64,000 bases of DNA from Candidatus Sulfotelmatobacter sp. (GCA_035307485.1 DATGIB010000001.1:161165-225164); one strand, 5' to 3'. Counted from the first letter of the stretch, positions 10,033 to 19,083 are shown. Notes: generated by a model not told the origin, from the sequence alone. Made by a program: numbers and translations.

Positions 10033-11073
10033 CTATTTCGGCGTGGGTGGCGCGGCCGCAGGATTGCGCTCCACAAACCCACGCTGGTGCCAATAAGGAT
10101 AGATCGGCGCCACATCGCTGGCGAGATCGAGCTTCTTGACCTGCTCGGCGGTCAAGTTCCATTCAGCCGCACCGAGATTCTGCCGCAGCTGCTCTTCATG
10201 GCGGGCGCCCATGATCACAGACGATATCGTCGGGCGCTGCAGTAGCCAGTTCAAAGCGATCTGCGGGACGCTCTTCCCCGTCTCTTTTGCGACCTCATCG
10301 AGCGCATCGACGACCTTGAACAAGTATTCGTCGGCAGCCTGCGGGCCCATGTCGGCCGTCTTGTGCAGGCGGCTTTCTTTCGGAAGCGGCTGGCCGCGGC
10401 GGATTTTCCCCGTGAGACGCCCCCAGCCGAGAGGGCTCCAGACCAGCGCTCCCACGCCCTGATCCACCCCCAGCGGCATGAGTTCCCATTCGTACTCGCG
10501 CCCGATCAGCGAGTAGTAGACCTGGTGCGCGACGTAACGTGGCCAGCCGTAACGGTCGGCGACGTCGAGCGACTTCATGAGGTGCCATCCGGAAAAATTC
10601 GAGCAGGCGATGTAGCGCACCTTGCCGCTCGTCACCAGGGTGTTGAAGGTGCTCATCACTTCGTCGATCGGCGTAAGGGCATCGAATCCGTGCAGATGGT
10701 AGATGTCGATGTAGTCGGTGCCGAGCCGGCGCAGGCTGTCTTCGCAGGCTCGAATCATGCGGTAGCGGGAGGATCCGGCATCGTTTGGGCCAGTACCGAA
10801 GCGGAAAGTAGTCTTGGTGGAAATGAGAATCTGGTCACGTCTGCCGGCAATGGCTTTTCCCAGAATGCTCTCGGACAGACCATTGGAATAAATGTCGGCG
10901 GTATCGAATAGATTGACGCCCGCTTCGAGGCAGATGTCGACGAGGCGCGTGGCTTCGGCGACATCGCTCGAGCCCCAGGCTTTGAAGAATTCGTTTCCTC
11001 CACCAAATGTTCCCGTGCCGAAACTGAGGGCAGGGACTTTCAATCCCGAACGGCCCAGCTGTCGATATTCCAT
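10033..11073 (-). CDS. aldo/keto reductase
   Basis: MEYRQLGRSGLKVPALSFGTGTFGG, DTADIYSNG and YIDIYHLHGFD are typical AKR motifs. Confidence 0.9.
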   Translation of the reverse strand: MEYRQLGRSGLKVPALSFGTGTFGGGNEFFKAWGSSDVAEATRLVDICLEAGVNLFDTADIYSNGLSESILGKAIAGRRDQILISTKTTFRFGTGPNDAGSSRYRMIRACEDSLRRLGTDYIDIYHLHGFDALTPIDEVMSTFNTLVTSGKVRYIACSNFSGWHLMKSLDVADRYGWPRYVAHQVYYSLIGREYEWELMPLGVDQGVGALVWSPLGWGRLTGKIRRGQPLPKESRLHKTADMGPQAADEYLFKVVDALDEVAKETGKSVPQIALNWLLQRPTISSVIMGARHEEQLRQNLGAAEWNLTAEQVKKLDLASDVAPIYPYWHQRGFVERNPAAAPPTPK

Positions 11074-11191
11074 AGGCGATAGATGAGATTGTGCGCGGGA
11101 AGATTCTGGAGATTGATGACATCGGGAAAGACGGACTCCGGAGCAGACAAGAAGGCCGCCCTTTTGAGGCGGCCGTTGATCTTGATAACGA

Positions 11192-11866
11192 CTACTGCGC
11201 TACGCTCGCCGGGGCTTGCGGTTGCGTACCGGCTGCGGTTGCGGCAGCTGCTTCGTTGAGGATGCGGTGGTGAATCGTGAACAGCGCCAGCTCAAGACGG
11301 TCCGACACACCGATCTTGTCATAAACGTTGCGGAGGTAATTCTTGATGACCTGTTCGGTGGTGCCGAGTTGGGTGGCGATTTCCTTGTTTTTATAGCCCT
11401 GCACGATGAGCGCCACGATCCGTAGTTCCTTCGCGGTGAGGCGATCGCGGACGCGCAATCCGACCATATCGTTCTCAGTCAGTTCGCTGGGGACGGCGAC
11501 GTCCTGTACCCAGGATTCGCCGCGAGCGACTTTGCGGACGCAATCGACAAGGGCGGCGCTGGTCACATTGCGATAGACGACACCATGGGCGCCGTTGGAC
11601 ATGTGGCGCTGAGCGCTCTCGCCAGTATCGGCGAGGACGATGACTCGGGTTTTGGCCTTGTTGGCGGCGGTGACTATGGCAGCAAAGTCACCGTGGAATC
11701 CAGCGGCCACGACCAGCACTGCCGCGCGGAATTTATCGATCGCCATGAACATCTGTTCCGGCGTTTGTGCCTGGGCAACGATACGCATCTCGTCTTCCAC
11801 TGCCAGTACTTTCGCAATACCCGCCCGGAAGATAGCCTGGTTATCGGCCAGAATCAGTTTGAGCAT
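11192..11866 (-). CDS. LuxR/NarL-family regulator with a degenerate (aspartate-less) receiver domain
   Basis: C-terminal LuxR HTH (LTAKELRIVALIVQGYKNKEIATQLGTTEQVIKNYLRNVYDKIGV). The N-terminal receiver fold carries DN instead of DD, VLVVAAGF where the phospho-Asp should be, A for the conserved T/S, and R for the conserved K. Confidence 0.85.
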   Translation of the reverse strand: MLKLILADNQAIFRAGIAKVLAVEDEMRIVAQAQTPEQMFMAIDKFRAAVLVVAAGFHGDFAAIVTAANKAKTRVIVLADTGESAQRHMSNGAHGVVYRNVTSAALVDCVRKVARGESWVQDVAVPSELTENDMVGLRVRDRLTAKELRIVALIVQGYKNKEIATQLGTTEQVIKNYLRNVYDKIGVSDRLELALFTIHHRILNEAAAATAAGTQPQAPASVAQ

Positions 11867-11886
11867 GTGTCAGCTCCAAAAAAAGT

Positions 11887-12297
11887 CTAGGAGTTCCGAA
11901 CGAACTCGTAAGAGTCGATCACGCACGCGACGCCGCGTCCTTCACCACCAGATCCAGTTTCGTCGGCGCGCACAACGCGGCCCTTACATTGAATGGTCAC
12001 GTTTTCCGGCCCGCCGGTCATCTCGGGCGGCAACGTGATCTCAAATTCAACGGGGGATCCAATTTCGAGGGACGCATCAGCACGGATGTAAACACCGGCC
12101 GCGCTGAGATTTCCCGTCATACCATTGGCATCGGTTTCGCCCTTGTGAATCTTGATCGGCAATTCCAGCGGAAATCTTTTTCCTGTCCGCGCTTCTTCGC
12201 CCACGGGGCCTCCTCTAGGCTGGCCTGATCTCTCGTTAGCGAATGAGGTCAACGACGTCAAACCAAGCTCCTGGCGGGCCAAAGCCCGTTTTTCCAC
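11887..12297 (-). CDS. PilZ domain protein
   Basis: RTGKR (RxxxR) followed about 25 aa later by NLSAAG (D/NxSxxG), the two c-di-GMP-binding PilZ motifs. Ends 20 nt upstream of the LuxR gene on the same strand. Confidence 0.7.
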   Translation of the reverse strand: MEKRALARQELGLTSLTSFANERSGQPRGGPVGEEARTGKRFPLELPIKIHKGETDANGMTGNLSAAGVYIRADASLEIGSPVEFEITLPPEMTGGPENVTIQCKGRVVRADETGSGGEGRGVACVIDSYEFVRNS

Positions 12298-12769
12298 TCA
12301 GGGAGCGGTTATATCACGAAAGTCCCTCCGGTAAAAGCCTGAGAACCCGCTAGTTACCGGTAGCAACTAGATTCCCCCCCGGTGTCGCAAGGGGAGGAAA
12401 GCCTGATAAATCTGCCTGCCGGCGGGGGTGTTTTAGTGGCTGGAGGTCGAAATGTCCCTGTGTGGCGGGACGTGTTTCACGTTGATATTCCGAGAAATTC
12501 TCGGTTCGTAAAGGTTCGTAACGGAAGAACGCAGGCGGAAGCAGCCTGCTGGAATTCCGAACTCACGGTAGAGCGAATTCGCCTCCAACCTCCCGGCAAG
12601 AGCATCCAAGGATTCACCGGGTGGTCTCTTGGGCACTCCCATACGCACAGATGAAATCTTGACGTGCGTTCTGAGTGTTCGGCGTAGGAGCGGCGCGTCG
12701 GTTTACGTGTTAGGTTGATGGAGAAATGCTCGTCCGACGGCTCAGCCGTCGTATGAAAGGTGCGTTCGC

Positions 12770-14299
12770 ATGAGACGTCAAATGAGCACGGTTCGGCATT
12801 TTTCCAATGTTGTCGCAATCTTCGCGTCGCTAATGATCGCGTTATCTGTCTCCCTTTGCGGCCAAACTCAACCATCGTCCTCGGCCAAACCGAGCACGTC
12901 GACAGCGGGAACGCAGACTGGAAATGCAGCCGCGCCGCAAAAGCCTCCCACGCCCACCCCGGAAGCGAACGCACCAGGCGTGCTCGTACAACTGAATACC
13001 GCGCTCGAAAGTCTTGCCCAGAAGGTGTCTCCGGCCGTGGTCCAGATCCTGGTGACGGGGTACGGCCAACTTCACGAGGAAGATCGCTCGCAGACGGCTT
13101 TGATCGTTCGCCAGCACGCAGTCGGGTCCGGGGTTATCGTCGATGCCTCCGGGTACGTCATAACCAACGCCCATGTGGTCGAAGGCGCGCAGAGGATTCA
13201 AATTGCCTTGCCTCTGTCCGGGGATTCGGGCGTGCAGGTCCCGGTCGGGAAGCGGCGGATTTTCGAGGCCAAGCTGGTGGGACAGCATAAAGAGACCGAT
13301 CTGGCACTGCTCAAGATTGACGAGGGCGGCCTTCCGACATTGTCCCTCGCCACACAGCAACGTCCACAGGTTGGGGAGTTGGTATTTGCCATCGGCAGCC
13401 CTGAAGGATTGCAGAACTCACTGACCATGGGCGTGGTGAGCGCGGTGGCGCGCCAGGCAAACCCGGATAAGCCCCTCACTTATATTCAAACGGACGCTCC
13501 AATCAATCCCGGCAACAGCGGAGGACCGCTGGTCGACATGAACGGGAATGTAATTGGTATCAACACGTTTATCCTCTCGCAAGGCGGGGGCAGCGAAGGA
13601 TTGGGTTTTGCGATCCCGGCGCGAGTCGTGGATTTCGTATATCGCAGCCTGCGCGCCCACGGACATGTGCATCGCGTGGAGATTGGAGCGGTGTCGCAGG
13701 AAATTACGCCGACTTTGGCGGACGCGCTGCACCTGGCGCGGCACTGGGGCGTGATCGTCGCCGACGTGAACCCGGAGGGTCCGGCGGCTGCCGCCGGCCT
13801 GCAAGTGCAGGACATCATCCTTAGCGCGGACGACCGGCGTATCGAGACACTGCCCTCTCTCTCGGCGGCGCTGTACCTGCATCGGATCGATCAGGTAGTG
13901 AAACTTGAAATCTTGCGTGGGACCGAACGCAAGACAATTTTCATTCCGGCGATTGAGCATCGCGACCACATGGATGAACTGCTTGACCAGATCGACTCGT
14001 CCAACAGCCTGGTTCCACGCCTGGGGATTCTGGCGATTGATTTAACGGACGATCTGCGTTCGCGGTTGGGAGCGCTACGAATTCCCTCGGGCGCTATCGT
14101 GGTTGGACGAGCGGCAGACTTGATTCTGCCGGATACTGGTCTGCAAGCCGGAGACATTGTGCACCAGCTGAATTCTCAGCCGATCGAATCGGTGAGCGCG
14201 TTGCGCACAGCAACGGCCGCTCTGAAGGCCGGCGATCCTGTAGCCTTGCAAGTCGAGCGGGACGGTGGATTGATGTATGTAAGCTTTGAAATCGAGTAA
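12770..14299 (+). CDS. HtrA/DegP-family periplasmic serine endoprotease with two PDZ domains
   Basis: Catalytic triad context NAHVV, DLALLK, GNSGGPLV. Two C-terminal PDZ-like repeats. Signal peptide present. Confidence 0.9.
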   Translation: MRRQMSTVRHFSNVVAIFASLMIALSVSLCGQTQPSSSAKPSTSTAGTQTGNAAAPQKPPTPTPEANAPGVLVQLNTALESLAQKVSPAVVQILVTGYGQLHEEDRSQTALIVRQHAVGSGVIVDASGYVITNAHVVEGAQRIQIALPLSGDSGVQVPVGKRRIFEAKLVGQHKETDLALLKIDEGGLPTLSLATQQRPQVGELVFAIGSPEGLQNSLTMGVVSAVARQANPDKPLTYIQTDAPINPGNSGGPLVDMNGNVIGINTFILSQGGGSEGLGFAIPARVVDFVYRSLRAHGHVHRVEIGAVSQEITPTLADALHLARHWGVIVADVNPEGPAAAAGLQVQDIILSADDRRIETLPSLSAALYLHRIDQVVKLEILRGTERKTIFIPAIEHRDHMDELLDQIDSSNSLVPRLGILAIDLTDDLRSRLGALRIPSGAIVVGRAADLILPDTGLQAGDIVHQLNSQPIESVSALRTATAALKAGDPVALQVERDGGLMYVSFEIE

Positions 14300-14305
14300 C
14301 GCAGA

Positions 14306-16231
14306 CTAGCTTCCCGATCTGGCTGCCGCGGCTTTTGGAGTCGCAGTCTGAAGCAGCGTTCCTAAACCTGCGCTCAGGACACCCACTACCTGCAAGTCGG
14401 TACTTGTGAAGGCGTCGGCGGCGGTGCGATAGAGCGCTAAAACGGCCACCACTCCGTCCTCACCTGCCACAGGTACGGCAAGAGCCGATCGTAGCGTCGT
14501 AATTTTTTTCGGATCGTTTAAATAACCGGGCTCGACTGACGGATTTCCATTCAAGATCGGCTTGTTATTCTGCGCCACCCAACCCGACAGTCCTTCACCT
14601 AACGGGATCCTGAGAGACATGAGCAAATCCGAGTTCTCGCCGTTGACGAACTCAGGAGCCAGAACGCCATTGTTCAGGCGATAAAGTGCGAGGGCAGAGT
14701 TCGGAACTAAACGCTTCAGGCGCACGGACACAAGCGCTCCCAAGTCTTCGGGCGACAAGGAAGTGACGTGCGCGACTCCGGCAATTTCAGCAGCCAGCCG
14801 GGCTGCCAATGCGAGCGAACCCATGTCGTTAGTGGCGCGGGAGATGGGGCTCTGAGGCTCGGGAGCTTCGGCAAATCCGGCGTCAGGGGCAAGGCCGCGT
14901 TCAATCTTCAAATCGGTAGACAGTTTCGGGGGTGCCTGCATGGGCTGCTCGCGAGCCAATTTTTCCAGCTCGAGAAAGCGCCGCTGCAGCACGGCAACGA
15001 TGCGCGGGTCGAAGCTCTTGCCCGAATCCATGGCGACCTTCGCCATAGCTTCTTCCAGCGGAAGGGCTTTACGGTACTGGCGATCAGAAGCTAACGCGTC
15101 GAGACAATCGACGGCGGCGAGGATGCGGGCTCCAATCGGAATTTCCTCTCCGGAAAGGCCGTTGGGATAACCGCTGCCATCCCATTTCTCGTGGTGCGCC
15201 CTCACGATCGGGACCACAGGGTAGGGAAAATTCACCTGCTCGAGAATCTCGGCTCCGACAACCGGATGAATCTTCATCTTCTCGAATTCATCCGGCGTCA
15301 GTTTGCCCGGCTTAGAGATAATGTGTTCGGGAACGGCCAACTTTCCAATGTCGTGCAAGACGGAAGCGGCTTTCAAAGCTTCCGTTTCGTCTTCGCTCAG
15401 GCCGAGATCTTTGGCCAGCTCGACGGCGTAGACGCGAACGCGCTGCAGGTGCTCGCCCGTCGTTTGATCTTTGGCTTCGATTGCCAGGGCCAGCGCTTCA
15501 ATGGTGCGAAGGTGAAGACTTGATACCTGTTCGGCGTGCCGTTTTTCCGTTTCAAGCTTTCCGAGATAGAGGCGATACGAGCGATAGAGAAGATAGATTG
15601 GCGGAAGAATCAGAAGCGATGACTGCCAGCCAACGTGGGCATTCAGGAGATGAACGAGTCCGGCAGCGGCCGCGCCGACCATGTAATAAGGGAGCGACCA
15701 GAGATAGCTGTCGTTCCACACTTTGAGAACAGGTTTCTCTTCGGTCAGCCCGATGATGGTCGACATGGCCAGGGTGTTGCAGCCGAAGTGAGTGACAGCG
15801 GCGGCCAGCAGTGCGAGCGGGCCGGCGGCGTGCAAGAGATATACGACGACCAGGCGGTAGGCGCCGAAGGCCATCGCACTGGAAATAGTGACTTGCGACA
15901 GATTGAAAATCAGCTGAACGGGCTTGGGCCGGCGGGCCGGCCTCCAATAGAGCTGCGTCAGAGTGCTGGCGAGGCCGATCACGAGGGTCTCGGGCAGGCT
16001 CAGTTCAAGAATGCCCAGCAAGGTAAAAAGAAAGTTGACGGAGAGCGTTCCTTCGATGCCGGGCAGGCTGGCTTTCAGCGGTGCCACCAGCAGCGCAGCC
16101 AGCAGATAACAGACGAACTTGACCGGGTCGCTAGATTGCCAGTGTGGCAAAGACAACGCAAAGCACGCGCCGGCGGCCAACGCGGACAAGGCGACAAAGC
16201 ACCACGAACCGATGGAACGACCCCACGACAT
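14306..16231 (-). CDS. membrane-anchored HD-GYP phosphodiesterase with C-terminal GAF-like domain
   Basis: N-terminal multi-TM region, then HDIGKLAVPEHI and HHEKWDGSGYPNGL (HD-GYP). The C-terminal ~150 aa are GAF-like (GEGLSGWVAQNNKP...). Confidence 0.85.
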   Translation of the reverse strand: MSWGRSIGSWCFVALSALAAGACFALSLPHWQSSDPVKFVCYLLAALLVAPLKASLPGIEGTLSVNFLFTLLGILELSLPETLVIGLASTLTQLYWRPARRPKPVQLIFNLSQVTISSAMAFGAYRLVVVYLLHAAGPLALLAAAVTHFGCNTLAMSTIIGLTEEKPVLKVWNDSYLWSLPYYMVGAAAAGLVHLLNAHVGWQSSLLILPPIYLLYRSYRLYLGKLETEKRHAEQVSSLHLRTIEALALAIEAKDQTTGEHLQRVRVYAVELAKDLGLSEDETEALKAASVLHDIGKLAVPEHIISKPGKLTPDEFEKMKIHPVVGAEILEQVNFPYPVVPIVRAHHEKWDGSGYPNGLSGEEIPIGARILAAVDCLDALASDRQYRKALPLEEAMAKVAMDSGKSFDPRIVAVLQRRFLELEKLAREQPMQAPPKLSTDLKIERGLAPDAGFAEAPEPQSPISRATNDMGSLALAARLAAEIAGVAHVTSLSPEDLGALVSVRLKRLVPNSALALYRLNNGVLAPEFVNGENSDLLMSLRIPLGEGLSGWVAQNNKPILNGNPSVEPGYLNDPKKITTLRSALAVPVAGEDGVVAVLALYRTAADAFTSTDLQVVGVLSAGLGTLLQTATPKAAAARSGS

Positions 16232-16556
16232 ATCGGAAGATGCTTAAATTTTCATCAATTTAGCGGGGTCTGTCTGTTGAAAATACATCTCTCCGATTAC
16301 CAAGGTTTTGCGACCAACTCTATTTGTTTCAAATGTTTACATCCTAGACAGAACAAATCCTGACCATCAGGTTGGCGGGACAGGATGTCCCATGTCCCGG
16401 TGGATGGGACAAAACGCCCGGAACACCCTGCCTCTGCGTCCCGCAACCCATTGAATACATTGAGGTAACGCCAACCGCTTTGGCGTATTACCTGCAGCAT
16501 TGAAGGCTACTTGGGGTGCGGTTGCGCCTGTGGGCGCTTATTTTTGTGGGGGAACG

Positions 16557-18266
16557 ATGAAGAAAGTTCTGATCGCTCTGATTCTTTGTGCGGCAACGCT
16601 GTCATTCGCGGCCGACACCACCAAGCTTTCGCCGGATATACAGAGCATGAAGTCCGCGAAGGCGCCCGTTCAGGTCGTCATCCAGTACCGGAGTGCGCCG
16701 AGTTTGCTAGATCTGAATCTGCTGGGAAGCCTGGGATCGATCCTGAATTCTTTGCCACTGGTAAATGGCATTGTGGCGCAGCTTCCGCTGGCGAATATCC
16801 TTTCGCTTTCGAATCAAAGCAATGTGAAGTACATCAGCCTGGACCGCACACTGTCGCCGAGCTTGAGCAACGCGGCGCCGGCCGTAAATGCTTTTGCGGC
16901 GTGGCAGAGTGGATATACGGGCGCGGGCGTCGGCGTGGCGCTTGTCGATAGCGGCGTCGCCAGCAATTCGGATCTGAATGGCGGCCTCTTGGGGCTTTCG
17001 CGCGTTGTATGGAACCAGAGCTTCGTCCCGGGAAATCCCAGCGCCACGGATCAATTCGGGCATGGAACTCACGTTGCGGGGTTGATTGCGGGGAACGGAG
17101 CCAATTCCACAGGGCCGAACTATACGAAGACTTTCGAGGGAATCGCTCCGAAGGCGAACATCATCAACCTGCGGGTTCTCGACCAGAATGGAGCGGGCAC
17201 CGATAGTGCGGTGATTGCGGCGATCAATACGGCGATCACGTTGAAGCCTCTGTTCAACATCCGCGTACTGAATCTGTCGCTGGGCCGGGCGATCTACGAA
17301 TCGTACACGCTCGATCCGCTGTGCCAGGCGGTGGAAGCGGCATGGAAGAACGGGATCGTGGTGGTGGTCGCGGCCGGAAACAATGGCCGTTATCAGCCGA
17401 CGGATGGTTACGCGACGATCACGGCGCCCGGCAACGATCCTTACGTGATTACGGTGGGTGCGATGAAGACGATGGGGACGCCCACACGCGTGGACGACCT
17501 GATCGCCAGCTACAGTTCCAAGGGACCAACCGTGATCGACGCGATCGCGAAACCCGATATCGTTGCTCCGGGAAATCTTCTGGTGTCGCTCGAAGCTCCG
17601 GGATCGACACTGTACAACGAATATCCCGGAAACCGCGTTCCCTATAACTTTTACGTGCAGGGAGGCAGCAACGCATCGTCGACGAACTACTTCACGCTTA
17701 GCGGGACGAGTATGGCTACAGGCGTGGTCAGCGGAGTCGTCGCCGATCTGCTGCAGAAGAGCCCGTCGCTCACTCCGGACCAGGTGAAGGCGCGGCTGAT
17801 GAAGACGGCGTGGAAGTCGTTCCCGGCGTTCAGCAGCACGACCGATCCGACGACCGGGATCACTTACACCGACCAGTACGACGTATTCACGATCGGCGCC
17901 GGGTACGTTGACGTAGAAGCCGCGATCACCAGTACAGACGTAGCCAAGGGCAGCGCGATGTCACCGGTCGCTACGTACAATTCGACGTCGGGCAACGTCT
18001 ACTTCAATGATTCTGCGAGCGCCGTTTGGAACACGTCGTCCGCTTGGTCGAATGCGGCAGTCTGGGGATCATCGCAGTTTGTGGTTGGTGCGCCGCCCTC
18101 GACGATCAATGGCAGCAACGCTCTGTGGGGAAGCAACGCCCTGTGGGGTTCCAATGCGCTGTGGGGCAGCAATGCCTTGTGGGGCTCGAACGCACTGTGG
18201 GGTAGCAATGCCCTGTGGGGAAGCAACGCTCTCTGGGGAAGCAGCGTTTCTCAAGGCGAGAAATAG
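16557..18266 (+). CDS. secreted S8 (subtilisin-like) serine peptidase with C-terminal GSNALW hexapeptide repeats
   Basis: Signal peptide MKKVLIALILCAATLSFA. Catalytic motifs VALVDSGV, HGTHVAG, SGTSMATGVVSG. Seven perfect GSNALW repeats at the C-terminus. Confidence 0.85.
   Translation: MKKVLIALILCAATLSFAADTTKLSPDIQSMKSAKAPVQVVIQYRSAPSLLDLNLLGSLGSILNSLPLVNGIVAQLPLANILSLSNQSNVKYISLDRTLSPSLSNAAPAVNAFAAWQSGYTGAGVGVALVDSGVASNSDLNGGLLGLSRVVWNQSFVPGNPSATDQFGHGTHVAGLIAGNGANSTGPNYTKTFEGIAPKANIINLRVLDQNGAGTDSAVIAAINTAITLKPLFNIRVLNLSLGRAIYESYTLDPLCQAVEAAWKNGIVVVVAAGNNGRYQPTDGYATITAPGNDPYVITVGAMKTMGTPTRVDDLIASYSSKGPTVIDAIAKPDIVAPGNLLVSLEAPGSTLYNEYPGNRVPYNFYVQGGSNASSTNYFTLSGTSMATGVVSGVVADLLQKSPSLTPDQVKARLMKTAWKSFPAFSSTTDPTTGITYTDQYDVFTIGAGYVDVEAAITSTDVAKGSAMSPVATYNSTSGNVYFNDSASAVWNTSSAWSNAAVWGSSQFVVGAPPSTINGSNALWGSNALWGSNALWGSNALWGSNALWGSNALWGSNALWGSSVSQGEK
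18111..18236 (+). repeat. 7 x 18-bp in-frame tandem repeat encoding GSNALW
   Basis: The units ggcagcaacgctctgtgg / ggaagcaacgccctgtgg / ggttccaatgcgctgtgg and so on differ almost only at synonymous positions, while the peptide is identical in all 7 units. Confidence 0.9.
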
Positions 18267-18283
18267 TCCGAATCAGGGGGGAG

Positions 18284-18315
18284 GCCGCAGTCGAGAGACT
18301 GCGGCTTTTTTCTTT
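18284..18315 (+). terminator. rho-independent terminator after the S8 peptidase gene
   Basis: GCCGCAGTC-GAGA-GACTGCGGC perfect 9-bp stem followed by TTTTTTCTTT. Confidence 0.75.
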
Positions 18316-18351
18316 GGCAGTCTCTCTCGCCGGGAATTCAACGATAAGCAA

Positions 18352-19083
18352 CTAGCGGGCCAGCGAGGTTCTGGCCAGTGCGGCGCGCAATTCGTCCGGC
18401 TTGAAACCGTAGGGGCCGGGATTGCTTTTGTAGACTACGCGTCCCGCGGGATCGATCAGATACATGCGCTCGGGCCAGGCCGTGTAGGCGCTCTCGGTGG
18501 AGTTGCCAAATTCGTCGACGACAGCGGGAATCTCAATTCCCAACTTGCGTACGCATGTGCCTGCCACCGCGGTCCGTTCGTCCTCGCTGCGCGGACTCGC
18601 GAACAAGACTTTGTCCTTGAGATTGCTTTCAGTCTGCCAGACATCGGTGGGATGCGCTTCTGTGATGTAGACGACGAGGAAAGAAACTCGACTTTCATAC
18701 TCGTGATAGAGCTTGTTGAGGGCAGGAACCTCCCGCCGGAACGGCGGTCAGGTATAACTTCCGAAGATGAGAACCGCCGGGCGGCCTTGGGCGGAAAAAG
18801 AGGAAAGCTGCACCGTGCCAGTCTTGTCCAATTTTTCCAAGGTGAAGTCGGGAGCATGATCTCCAATTTCGAGCTTTCCGGCGCGGGCGTGCCGCCACAG
18901 CGTGGAGAAGGGCAGCACGAAGAACGCGTAAGGCTCGGGAACCCGCGCCATCACTCGGCCAAACTGCTCGGGCGGACGGCGCATGATGCCATAAAGTCCC
19001 ATGCAGGCCACGACCCACAGCAGCGCAACGACACACAATCCCGTGAGAACTGCCTTGAGTGCTGATTTTTGCTTTGGGCTCAC
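18352..19083 (-). CDS. iodothyronine-deiodinase-like thioredoxin-fold selenoprotein (in-frame UGA = Sec at codon 112), N-terminal TM anchor
   Basis: Track ORFs 18748..19083 and 18352..18606 are in the same frame. The 141 nt between them has no stop. The only interruption is TGA at 18748-18750, in the context AVLIFGSYT-U-PPFRREV. Downstream YITEAHPTDVWQ and AWPERMYLIDPAGRVVYKSNPGPYGFKPDELRAAL parallel the vertebrate DIO core. Confidence 0.75.
18718..18747 (-). other. candidate bacterial SECIS region (two adjacent hairpins immediately 3' of the UGA)
   Basis: The mRNA reads UGA-CCGCCG-UUC-CGGCGG-GAGG-UUCCUGC-CCUC. That is a 6-bp stem directly after the UGA, then a 4-bp stem with a 7-nt loop. 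The fold was not computed. Confidence 0.4.

Noticed and set aside
12298-12769. RNase P RNA or SRP RNA in the htrA leader (GAGGAAAG... and GGAAGCAGCC-like strings)
   Set aside because: The matches are only 8-10 nt. The flanking conserved elements are absent: GUCCGGGCUC and ACAGAACCCGGCUUA for RNase P, and the helix-8 symmetric loop geometry for SRP.
18111-18236. Regular 18-bp repeats that could be mistaken for a CRISPR-like or satellite array
   Set aside because: There are no spacers. The repeats are contiguous, in-frame inside the S8 peptidase ORF, and encode an identical hexapeptide, so this is a coding tandem repeat.
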